Shown piece by piece: positions 1-7,925 of a stretch of DNA of 24,000 nt. The position numbers were made by a program, and so were the translations under genes. The first letter of the stretch is position 1. Every line of letters starts with the position of its first letter. The stretch is from Promethearchaeota archaeon (GTDB taxonomy: Archaea; Asgardarchaeota; Lokiarchaeia; Sigyniarchaeales; SOKP01), in contig SHMW01000003.1 of NCBI GenBank assembly GCA_008080735.1, positions 63,220-87,219 of the forward strand, written 5' to 3'. The notes under the pieces were generated by a model that was not told the origin of the DNA, made no database searches, and was given only the letters and a program-made list of their open reading frames with translations.

Positions 1-845
1 AATATGGCGGTAAAGTGCCCTTCTCTAATTGTCTCTTAATTGCCGACCATATCATAGATACGGGGATCTCAGCATTATATTTGAAGAGGTTAAGACATAA
101 ATTTACTATTAGGAAAGTTCTATTTAGCCATTGGCATGATGATCATATTAGGGATAATAGAATCCTTGAAGATATTCCCTTTTATTGTCATCCGAAATGT
201 AAACCCATTATTGAAGATATAGATAAACTGCTTGATTTATACGCTATTCGAGGAACGCCCGTTGAGATTAAATTTAAGGAATATCTCTCGGATGTAATTG
301 ATGTGTATAATACTAAAATTAAGGGATCGTTTAGTCCAGGGGATGTTTTTCAAATAGGAAGCTATGAAATGCAGATTATATCTACACCAGGGCATTCTGT
401 GGGCCATTGCGCATTTCATATCCCAGAGCTTAAATTTGCTTTTATCGGAGATATAGATCTCTCAAAATTTGGGCCCTGGTATGGTGGGACTGATTCTAAT
501 ATTTCTGAGTTCATCGAATCCATCGAAAAAATCCGTAAAATGGATCTTGAAGTCGTTGCCACGGGTCATCGGGGAATCGTTCGGGGAAAAGAACTCATAA
601 ATCAACAGTTAATAAATTATAAAGAAATTTTTAATGCTCGAGAGGAAAAAATTTTGTCATTCTTGACAAAAGAGCACCCGACAAGTCCCGAAGATCTGCT
701 TGAAAAAAGTATTATTTATAAAGATTACCGCTTTCTTAAACCATTTTTGCTGGTAATGGAAAAAACAATGATCGATAAGCATCTCCAGAAATTGAAGAAT
801 GAAGGTAAAATAACTCAAGTTGCCGAAGGTTATGTTTTATCATAA
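1..845 (+). CDS. MBL-fold metallo-hydrolase (5' end probably lies outside the window)
   Basis: The frame is open to the left window edge (no in-frame stop from nt 3), so the GTG at 15 in the ORF track is probably internal. HWHDDH matches the HxHxDH metallo-beta-lactamase zinc motif, and later conserved histidines (PGHSVGH, TGHRG) fit the fold. Stop TAA at 843-845. Confidence 0.8.
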   Translation, partial: YGGKVPFSNCLLIADHIIDTGISALYLKRLRHKFTIRKVLFSHWHDDHIRDNRILEDIPFYCHPKCKPIIEDIDKLLDLYAIRGTPVEIKFKEYLSDVIDVYNTKIKGSFSPGDVFQIGSYEMQIISTPGHSVGHCAFHIPELKFAFIGDIDLSKFGPWYGGTDSNISEFIESIEKIRKMDLEVVATGHRGIVRGKELINQQLINYKEIFNAREEKILSFLTKEHPTSPEDLLEKSIIYKDYRFLKPFLLVMEKTMIDKHLQKLKNEGKITQVAEGYVLS

Positions 846-872
846 TGAAATGTAAGATTTAAGTGAAAAAAA

Positions 873-1183
873 TCAATTCGTTTGTCTTTTTATTTTAAAT
901 TTTAACCAGGCTTTTTCATCTTTTTCAATAATTTCTTTTACTTCGGAAATAGAATTAAAACCCGCTAAATCACCATAAGATTCCTTTAGGCTTTTTACTA
1001 AGTTGTGTGCTTGGTAAATCCCATCTGATTGAGCTAATTTATCATATTGGTTAGAATCCACCCCGCAAATTGCTTAATTTTTGGTTTAAAATAATCTTTC
1101 TCAACTTCTTTGGCAATCTGCTTAATAAATTCCTTTTGATCCTTTATAATTGAAGGTAATTCATGCTTTACAGCTAATCTCAT
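873..1183 (-). pseudogene. Small hypothetical protein apparently split by a 1-nt frameshift (49-aa ORF 1183->1034 plus 62-aa ORF 1061->873)
   Basis: My own minus-strand translation from the ATG at 1183 gives MRLAVKHELPSIIKDQKEFIKQIAKEVEKDYFKPKIKQFAGW. This meets the GTG-initiated track ORF (VDSNQYDKLAQ...) in the -1 frame exactly at a G4 run (CCCC at 1061-1064 on the + strand). Neither half has a family I recognise. Confidence 0.3.
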
Positions 1184-1261
1184 AATCTTGTCTGAAAGAA
1201 TAATCGCATCATCGAAATATTCTTCAGATCTATATTTTTGGGTTTTTCCCTGGATAGTGGG

Positions 1262-1501
1262 CTATTTTATTTGGATTGGTCGGAATGTAAGGAAAAACTC
1301 AATAAAAAACGAGATTCCAATCAGCAAGATTGAAAAATCCAGCATAAAAACTCGACTAATAATGATTCCGAAGAAATTCACAGATGTGATGTCTGGGCTA
1401 ATTATAACAGAATTAATGATAGCATGTACGATTACGAGCCCAGATAATAGTAGAGAAATTGCCAATATATGAATCATCACTTTTACTCGAGTTTTATTCA
1501 T
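1262..1501 (-). CDS. Small hydrophobic membrane protein (2-3 predicted TM helices), unknown function
   Basis: The 79-aa ORF starts with ATG and has long hydrophobic runs (IHILAISLLLSGLVIVHAII, FSILLIGISFFIEFFL). It is co-directional with the downstream small ORF. The overlapping + strand ORF (1188-1472) starts at TTG and looks like its shadow. Confidence 0.45.
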   Translation of the reverse strand: MNKTRVKVMIHILAISLLLSGLVIVHAIINSVIISPDITSVNFFGIIISRVFMLDFSILLIGISFFIEFFLTFRPIQIK

Positions 1502-1937
1502 AAAAAATAATCACCTTGTATTGACTTTGTATCGATTGTTTATTTAGTCAAACTGAATATGAAAAAACTCCTTTAAAATTATTTCAGTCTCTGGTTAATA
1601 TTGTTCTAATGATACAAAATAATAAATTCAGTCGTAAGGAAGTAATAAATCCAAAACATTTCTGGGATTTATTATGGTTAAATCATATTTTTATCAGGTA
1701 GCAATTATTAAAATAAAATAGTTATATTGGATATATTAGTATACCAGATTTTATACATTTAACTTAAATTATATTAAATAACTCATATTATAAACAATAA
1801 CTAATATAATATAGATTTGTATAAGATACCTTCAGTATGAGGGTTTTGAATGCAAATTTATTGCGAAAATTTACTAATTACTCCAATGCGTCATCCTTAA
1901 AAACGATGGTTGCTTCTGAGTAAAATTGGTAAATATA

Positions 1938-1949
1938 ATTTATAAAAAA
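1938..1949 (+). promoter_or_regulatory. TATA-box-like element upstream of the GltB-domain gene
   Basis: ATTTATAAAAAA lies about 40 nt upstream of the ATG at 1985. This would place a TSS about 15 nt before the start, leaving a short leader that contains AGTGA. Confidence 0.35.
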
Positions 1950-1984
1950 TGAATGAAACTGACAATAAAGAATAGTGATATAAA

Positions 1985-3631
1985 ATGACAAAGTTTAATA
2001 TGATTACCCACAGAAACAGCATGCTTGGTACAAGAACGCGTGTTGAGGATTCCTGTGAATCTGGGCTATGTCCTATCTGTATTGCAGACTGCCCCGTATT
2101 TTGCGAGGTTTCCAAATCTGCTCTTCGTGGGAGAGAAGTCCTATATCCGATGAGAGAATATTTTGGAGATTCAACTGCTGGAACTCCAAAAGATTTTGGA
2201 TTTAGTTATAGTGATTTCCAGATTCAATTTGAAGTCAGAGGAGCAGAAGGTATTGAAGCTCACGAGGATTCCGTAATTTTTCCTAATGCCGATGTATCTT
2301 CTCGATGGGGGAACATTGAGCAAAAATTGCCCATCGTGATTGCGGGATTAGGAAGTACATATGTTGCAAAGCAAAATTGGGAAGGCTTGGCGGAAGGTGC
2401 GGCTATGGCTGGTGTGAGCATAACGGTTGGAGAAAATGTCGTAGGAATGGATCCCAATGCGACATTCGAGAATGGTGGAGAATATCCACAAGTTGTTGAT
2501 ACCGAAGATATGAAATTCCGAGTTGAGACTTTTCGAGATTACTGGGACGGCAAGCACGGAGATGTTATCATTCAAAAAAACGTGGAAGACACTCGATTGG
2601 GAGTCTTTGATTATGTAACGTCAAAATTGGATATCGAATCCCTTGAAATTAAATTCGGTCAAGGTGCAAAAGCCATTGGAGGAGAAGTAAGACTTAATAC
2701 TTTAGAACGAGCTCAATTGCTGCAAGATCGTGGATATTTAGTTATACCCGACCCATCCGATCCAGTTGTTATTGATCAATGGAAAAAAGGGTTAATTCCT
2801 GATTTCGAGAGACATAGTAGAGTCGGTTTATCTAGTACCGAGGATGTATTAGAGGAAATTGATTCTTTAAGAGAACGAGGAGTAAAAAATATATTTATTA
2901 AGACGGGAGCATATAGACCCGCCGCAACGGCTTGGATTATCCGAGTGGGTGTCGAAGGGGGAGTTGACGGAATGACATTTGATGGGGCTGGAGGAGGGAC
3001 TGGTATGAGTCCCGTGAGCATGATGAATGAAGGGTCAATTCCTACCGCCTATCTACAAGCATTAGTGATTGGCTGTTTGGATATGATTAAAAAGAAAAAT
3101 CCGAACGCAAAAATTCCAACAATCGCGATGGCGGGTGGATTCGCAAATGAGACGCAAATGTTTAAATCATTAGCGATGGGTGCGCCTTATCAAACATGTA
3201 TCGCAATGGCTCGTGCTCCAATAACCGCAGCTATGAAAGGAGAGTATGTTGGAAAAGTAATCGACGAAAATACGGCGACGCCGGCGATGTTAAACAATTT
3301 AGGTTTTCCAAGGAATAAGGAGCCCGATACTTTAACTCTCGATGAGGCGTTTGTTGAATGGGATCATTTAGAACGAAAATTCCCAGATCAAAAGCTCAAT
3401 CCTGCATCTGTGGGAGTTTATACCTATTTTGCGAGTAAGTTGGGTATTGGTCTGAAACAGCTTTTAGCTGGTACTAGAAAATTCAAGTTAGATTTGCTTG
3501 ATAGAGAGGATATTGCGTGTATTTCTCAACGAGCTGTAGATGTATGTAAACATTGGGAGCTTGGAATAGATTCTCAAGAGAATCTTGATATGGAACTTGT
3601 CAAAAAAGAGATTTACAGCGGCAATTACTAA
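1985..3631 (+). CDS. Glutamate synthase large-subunit FMN-domain-related protein (stand-alone GltB domain 2 type)
   Basis: The 548-aa ORF carries motifs resembling the FMN-binding Glu_synthase domain. These are KFGQGAKAIGGE (cf. QGAKPGxGG), FDGAGGGTGMSP (cf. GxGGTGA) and MAGGF...LAMGA. There is an N-terminal Cys cluster, CESGLCPICIADCPVFC. The ORF contains no amidotransferase or GXGXG domain. Confidence 0.8.
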   Translation: MTKFNMITHRNSMLGTRTRVEDSCESGLCPICIADCPVFCEVSKSALRGREVLYPMREYFGDSTAGTPKDFGFSYSDFQIQFEVRGAEGIEAHEDSVIFPNADVSSRWGNIEQKLPIVIAGLGSTYVAKQNWEGLAEGAAMAGVSITVGENVVGMDPNATFENGGEYPQVVDTEDMKFRVETFRDYWDGKHGDVIIQKNVEDTRLGVFDYVTSKLDIESLEIKFGQGAKAIGGEVRLNTLERAQLLQDRGYLVIPDPSDPVVIDQWKKGLIPDFERHSRVGLSSTEDVLEEIDSLRERGVKNIFIKTGAYRPAATAWIIRVGVEGGVDGMTFDGAGGGTGMSPVSMMNEGSIPTAYLQALVIGCLDMIKKKNPNAKIPTIAMAGGFANETQMFKSLAMGAPYQTCIAMARAPITAAMKGEYVGKVIDENTATPAMLNNLGFPRNKEPDTLTLDEAFVEWDHLERKFPDQKLNPASVGVYTYFASKLGIGLKQLLAGTRKFKLDLLDREDIACISQRAVDVCKHWELGIDSQENLDMELVKKEIYSGNY

Positions 3632-3632
3632 C

Positions 3633-3667
3633 TTTTCTTGTTTTTTTATTTTTAAACAATTTTTTTC
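3633..3667 (+). terminator. Oligo-T terminator region after the GltB-domain gene
   Basis: TTTTCTTGTTTTTTTATTTTT and TTTTTTT runs begin 2 nt after the stop codon. This is the archaeal-style intrinsic termination signal. Confidence 0.4.
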
Positions 3668-3717
3668 AGCATTGATAGTATTTTAATTATACTGAGAGAA
3701 TCTTAAATCGATTATTA

Positions 3718-5277
3718 CTATTCAAACTCAATCGTACTCGGTGGCTTATTAGAAATATCGTATAAGACCCGGTTAAAACCATCTACCTCATTAATTATTC
3801 TCGTGCCTATCCTTTCGAGTAATTCCCAATCCAATCTAGCAAAGCTTGCAGTCATAGCATCTCTCGATTCAACTGCCCGTATCGCACAGATATTTTGATA
3901 TGTTCTATAATCGCCCATAACACCTACCGTTTTTAATGGTAAAAAGACACAAAATATTTGCCATAATTCATCATATAACCCTTCTTTCTTGATCTCCTCC
4001 ATTAAAATATAATCTGCTTCGCGTAAAGTATCCAATCTCTGTTTTGTAATCTCTCCGATGCATCTAACCGCCAGACCAGGTCCGGGGAATGGATGGCGAT
4101 CAATTATAATTGAGGGTAGTCCTAATTTTCTCCCAATTCTTCTAACCTCATCCTTATATAAATTCTTTAAAGGTTCGATAATTTGGAGTTTCATATCATT
4201 AGGTAGAGTTAAATTATGGTGTGATTTGATTTTAGCCGAAGCTTTACTAGTAGCACTTGTTTCAACTCTGTCTGGATATATCGTTCCTTGTGCAAGAAAT
4301 TCAATATTTGGATAACTATGTTCTAATTCTATAGTCTTCTGTTCAAATATTTCAATAAACGTATGACCAATAATTCGTCTTTTCTCTTCAGGATCTTCTA
4401 TACCCTTCAAGTTCTCAAGAAATAGTTTTTCTGCATCAATATAATGAAAATTTGAAAATCCTAACTTATCTTTAAATACCTTTTGGACCTTTTTCTCTTC
4501 GTTTTTCCTTAACAAACCATTATTTACAAAGATACAATGAAGACGATCTCCAATAGCTTCATGTAATAAAACCGCTGTAACAGAACTATCGACACCTCCG
4601 CTTAAACCTAAAATTATACGGTTTTTTTGACCTACCTGTTCTTGAATATCTCCAATAGACTTCTGAATCCAATTTTCTAATCTCCATTCTTTTTTACATT
4701 TGGCAATTTTGTCAATGAAATTGCTAAGGATAATGTTTCCCTTTGGTGTATTGGTGACTTCGGGGTGAAATTGGACACCATAAATATACTGTTCTTCATT
4801 TTCATAAGCGGCGATTGGGCAAGTATTTGTTTCTGCGATGGGTCTAAATGCTTTGGGCAATTTTTTTACTTGATCTCCATGTGACATCCATACCACTTCT
4901 TCATCATGAAGCCCCTTTAATAATGGAGTTTCTTCCAATTTATAGAGAATCGTTTTTCCGTATTCTTTTCTATTGTGAGGTTCTATTGTACCTCCTAATT
5001 GGTGGACAATTAGATGATGACCATAGCAGATGCCCAAGAGTGGAATATTCTGGAATTGGACATAGCTATAAAACTTATCATGTAATTTGGGATCTCTATT
5101 ATTATAAACACTTCCGGGTCCTCCTGATAATATGATTCCCTTTGGATTCTTCTTTTTAAGAATTGAAAGTTTACAATCGTGTGGCAGAATTTCAGAATAT
5201 ACACCTAATTCTCTAATTCTCCTCGATATTAGATGGCAATATTGCCCCCCGAAATCTATAACGATTATTTTATCCAT
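3718..5277 (-). CDS. guaA: GMP synthase (glutamine-hydrolysing), fused GATase + ATP-pyrophosphatase form
   Basis: The 519-aa ORF has a class-I amidotransferase half (GICYGHH catalytic Cys, FHPEV). It also has the PP-loop SGGVDSS and the typical GuaA C-terminus ...PPSTIEFE. Confidence 0.95.
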   Translation of the reverse strand: MDKIIVIDFGGQYCHLISRRIRELGVYSEILPHDCKLSILKKKNPKGIILSGGPGSVYNNRDPKLHDKFYSYVQFQNIPLLGICYGHHLIVHQLGGTIEPHNRKEYGKTILYKLEETPLLKGLHDEEVVWMSHGDQVKKLPKAFRPIAETNTCPIAAYENEEQYIYGVQFHPEVTNTPKGNIILSNFIDKIAKCKKEWRLENWIQKSIGDIQEQVGQKNRIILGLSGGVDSSVTAVLLHEAIGDRLHCIFVNNGLLRKNEEKKVQKVFKDKLGFSNFHYIDAEKLFLENLKGIEDPEEKRRIIGHTFIEIFEQKTIELEHSYPNIEFLAQGTIYPDRVETSATSKASAKIKSHHNLTLPNDMKLQIIEPLKNLYKDEVRRIGRKLGLPSIIIDRHPFPGPGLAVRCIGEITKQRLDTLREADYILMEEIKKEGLYDELWQIFCVFLPLKTVGVMGDYRTYQNICAIRAVESRDAMTASFARLDWELLERIGTRIINEVDGFNRVLYDISNKPPSTIEFE

Positions 5278-5466
5278 TTTTTAGTGTTTTTTAATATTTT
5301 AAAATATATTCGCTATTCGTAAGTTTGATAAATGCACTATTATCGAGCTGGAAATAATTCCACCTTATTAATAATAATCCTCAGTCGGCAATTAATTTTT
5401 CAGTTAATGAACAAATTTTATTTTTAACCCTTCTAATTACAAATTATTAGAAGTTTGTGATGAATT

Positions 5467-6375
5467 TTGAACTATACGATTATATCGAAAAAACAGTTGG
5501 ATTCTCAAGGTTGTCTCTATGAAATGGTATTATCTACCCCCTTGATAGCCCAGAAAGCTCGCGCGGGGAACTTTATTCTGCTGAGAATCTATGAAAAAGG
5601 AGAAAGATTCCCACTTACAGTCGCAGACTATAATCGCGATGAAGGAACAATTACGATTGTTTTTCAAGTTGTTGGAAAGAGTACGGAGCTTTTGTCAACC
5701 CTTAACATTGGTGAAGATCTTTTAGACGTCGTGGGACCTCTGGGAAATGATATCCATTTAAAAAAATATAAACACCCTGTTATTGTTATAGGAGGGGGTG
5801 TAGGAATTGCACCCGCCTACCCACAAGCGAAGGAATTAAAACAAGCAGGGAATACGATTATCTCCATTATCGGTGCTCGGACAAAAGATCTCCTATTTTG
5901 GAAGGATAAGATGGAACAAGTAAGTGATGAGCTTATAATTTGTACTGATGACGGAAGTGAAGGAATTCACGGAGTCGTTACCGATCCATTGAAAGATATA
6001 ATCGCAAATAAGCCTATTAGCTTGGTTATTGCGATTGGCCCGTTGGTTATGATGAAGTATGTTACGTTAACTACTAATGGGGAGAAAAATCTTCCTAAGA
6101 TAAAAACAATGGTTTCTCTAAATACTATAATGGTCGACGGTACTGGTATGTGTGGAGGATGTCGGTTTAAAACCAACGATGGTGAATTTTATTTCGCATG
6201 TGTAGATGGACCTGATGTAGATGGACATATCGTGGATTTTGATAATTTAATGAAACGAGCGGAAAGGTTTTGTACTCAAGAAGAGGAATCGCTGCATATT
6301 CATCGATGTTGGTGCGAAAGTATAGCCAAATCTAACAATCAAATAGGAGATGAATATGGCGAATTCGAGAAATAA
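5467..6375 (+). CDS. PyrK/NfnA/SudB-like FAD- and 2Fe-2S-binding oxidoreductase small subunit
   Basis: The product has a ferredoxin-reductase-type fold (GERFPLTVAD, VIGGGVGIAP) and a C-terminal cluster motif GMCGGCRF...FAC. It aligns by eye from its first residues with NfnA-type proteins, which supports the TTG start at 5467 (no in-frame ATG upstream). It overlaps the next gene, suggesting translational coupling. Confidence 0.85.
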   Translation: MNYTIISKKQLDSQGCLYEMVLSTPLIAQKARAGNFILLRIYEKGERFPLTVADYNRDEGTITIVFQVVGKSTELLSTLNIGEDLLDVVGPLGNDIHLKKYKHPVIVIGGGVGIAPAYPQAKELKQAGNTIISIIGARTKDLLFWKDKMEQVSDELIICTDDGSEGIHGVVTDPLKDIIANKPISLVIAIGPLVMMKYVTLTTNGEKNLPKIKTMVSLNTIMVDGTGMCGGCRFKTNDGEFYFACVDGPDVDGHIVDFDNLMKRAERFCTQEEESLHIHRCWCESIAKSNNQIGDEYGEFEK

Positions 6376-7753
6376 AACTAGGCAAACAATGAAAGAGCAA
6401 GATCCAAAAGAAAGAATAAAAAATTTTGAAGAAGTTCCTTTTGGATATTCAGAAGAAGAGGCCATATTGGAAGCTGAACGATGTTTGCAATGTGCAAAAC
6501 CCTTGTGCATTAAGGGGTGCCCTGTTGATGTCGATATCCCTGAATTTATTGGACACATAAAAGAGAGAGAATTTCGTCAAGCCATCGATTCGATCAAAGA
6601 AAAAAACATTTTACCCGCTATTTGTGGACGAGTTTGTCCTCAAGAAATACAATGTGAGAATCAATGTGTTCTCGGAAGAAAGGGGGACCCCATTGCGATT
6701 GGGTCATTAGAGCGTTTTGTTGCAGATTGGGAACGAGAAAATCAATTAAAAGCATGCCCAGAATGCAAACCTCCTAATAATATCAAGGTGGCGGTTGTTG
6801 GTTCTGGTCCCGCAGGATTGACGTGTGCCGCGGACTTAGCCAAATTAGGTTATGATGTAACGATTTTTGAAGCATTTCACGCGCCTGGCGGGGTGTTAAT
6901 GTATGGAATCCCCGAATTTCGTTTACCAAAAGAAATTGTAATGGACGAGGTTGAGACTTTAGAGATGCTCAGTGTAAAACTTCGTTATAATGCGGTCATT
7001 GGCAAATTGTTTACTCTTGAAGATCTAAGAGAAATGGGATTCAAAGCATTCTTCTTAGGTGTTGGCGCGGGATTACCTATTATTTTAAAACTGCCGGGAA
7101 CAGGTTTAAATGGTGTCTTAACGGCTAATGAGTTCTTAACGCGTACCAATTTAATGAAAGCATATAAATTTCCAGAATATGATACTCCCATTAATGTAGG
7201 TAAGGAAGTGACTGTAGTGGGTGGTGGAAATGTTGCTATGGATTCAGCGCGAGTAGCACTTCGATTAGGTGCCAAAAAAGTGACTGTAGTTTATCGGCGG
7301 AGTGAAGTAGAGATGCCCGCCAGAAGAGCTGAATATCATCACGGAAAAGAAGAAGGGATAGAATTTCGGTTTCTTACAAATCCAATACGATTAATTGGAG
7401 ATGAAGAGGGAAATGTCGTTCAAATGGAGGTCATTAATATGGAATTAGGGGAGCCCGATGATTCTGGAAGGAGACGACCTATCCCAATTAAAGGTTCCGA
7501 GCATCTTATAAAAACAGACATGGTTATATTAGCGATTGGAACCCGAGCAAATCCATTACTTACGAAATCAATCCCAAGTTTAAAACTTAATAAATGGGGA
7601 TATATCAAGACAGACGAATGTGGAAGCACTAACCTTGAAGATGTATTTGCGGGAGGAGATATAGTTACCGGTTCAGCTACAGTAATAAGTGCGATGGGAG
7701 CTGGGAGAACTGCCGCAACTGCTATTCATCACTATTTAGAGAACTCTAAATAA
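6350..7753 (+). CDS. GltD/NfnB/SudA-like NADPH-dependent oxidoreductase (glutamate synthase small-subunit family)
   Basis: Two N-terminal Fe-S motifs are present (CLQCAKPLCIKGCP; ICGRVCPQEIQCENQC). There are FAD (VVGSGPAGL) and NADPH (VVGGGNVAMD) dinucleotide folds. AGGAG at 6345-6349 is better spaced for the second ATG at 6356, so the true start may be 6356. Confidence 0.9.
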   Translation: MNMANSRNKTRQTMKEQDPKERIKNFEEVPFGYSEEEAILEAERCLQCAKPLCIKGCPVDVDIPEFIGHIKEREFRQAIDSIKEKNILPAICGRVCPQEIQCENQCVLGRKGDPIAIGSLERFVADWERENQLKACPECKPPNNIKVAVVGSGPAGLTCAADLAKLGYDVTIFEAFHAPGGVLMYGIPEFRLPKEIVMDEVETLEMLSVKLRYNAVIGKLFTLEDLREMGFKAFFLGVGAGLPIILKLPGTGLNGVLTANEFLTRTNLMKAYKFPEYDTPINVGKEVTVVGGGNVAMDSARVALRLGAKKVTVVYRRSEVEMPARRAEYHHGKEEGIEFRFLTNPIRLIGDEEGNVVQMEVINMELGEPDDSGRRRPIPIKGSEHLIKTDMVILAIGTRANPLLTKSIPSLKLNKWGYIKTDECGSTNLEDVFAGGDIVTGSATVISAMGAGRTAATAIHHYLENSK

Positions 7754-7893
7754 TTAAGATTTAATCCTAATTTTTAATTACAATATTTTTCTTAATTTCT
7801 AATTCATATTCTTTTCTAATATTTAATTATACTAATATAGCTAATATACTCGATATATATAACATATAACTTAAAATATTGCCTTAATTCACT

Positions 7894-7905
7894 ATATTAT
7901 ATAAT
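7894..7905 (+). promoter_or_regulatory. TATA-box-like element upstream of gdhA (leaderless-looking transcript)
   Basis: ATATTATATAAT is centred about 27 nt upstream of the ATG at 7926. No SD-like motif lies in between. Confidence 0.35.
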
Positions 7906-7925
7906 ACCTTAATTAACATAACACG

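Noticed and set aside
237-419. 60-aa minus-strand ORF inside the MBL hydrolase gene
   Set aside because: It is fully antisense to a well-supported CDS. It has no start context or family features. It is a typical shadow ORF.
1188-1472. 94-aa + strand ORF overlapping the small membrane protein gene
   Set aside because: It starts at TTG and has a mixed, non-protein-like composition. The opposite-strand ORF has an ATG start, clean TM segments and fits the local minus-strand gene order.
1847-1933. 28-aa ATG ORF (MRVLNANLLRKFTNYSNASSLKTMVASE) upstream of the GltB-domain gene, considered as a leader peptide
   Set aside because: It lies upstream of the best TATA-like box for the downstream gene. 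It has no RBS-like signal and no attenuator-like structure. It is too short to support from sequence alone.
1897-3021. Minus-strand ORFs 1897-2115, 2260-2457, 2348-2575 and 2776-3021
   Set aside because: All are antisense to, or overlap, the motif-supported GltB-domain CDS. Their Pro/Ser-rich or low-complexity products are typical of shadow frames.
4058-5204. ORFs 4058-4315 (+), 4848-5135 (+) and 5010-5204 (-) within guaA
   Set aside because: They are embedded in the unambiguous guaA reading frame. They have no independent support.
5349-5362. TGGAA-ATAA-TTCCA inverted repeat between guaA and the NfnA-like gene, considered as an NrpR-type nitrogen operator
   Set aside because: The described methanogen NrpR operator is GGAA-N6-TTCC. 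Here the spacer is 4 nt and the arms only 5 bp, which is easily a chance match. No second copy occurs upstream of gdhA or the GltB-domain gene.
5457-5463. GTGATGA C-box-like heptamer just before the NfnA-like start
   Set aside because: No CTGA D box occurs at a suitable distance and there is no terminal stem. It overlaps the translation start region, so it is probably coincidental.
5967-7629. Minus-strand ORFs 5967-6176, 6247-6558, 6985-7275 and 7420-7629
   Set aside because: They are antisense shadows of the NfnA-like and GltD-like genes.
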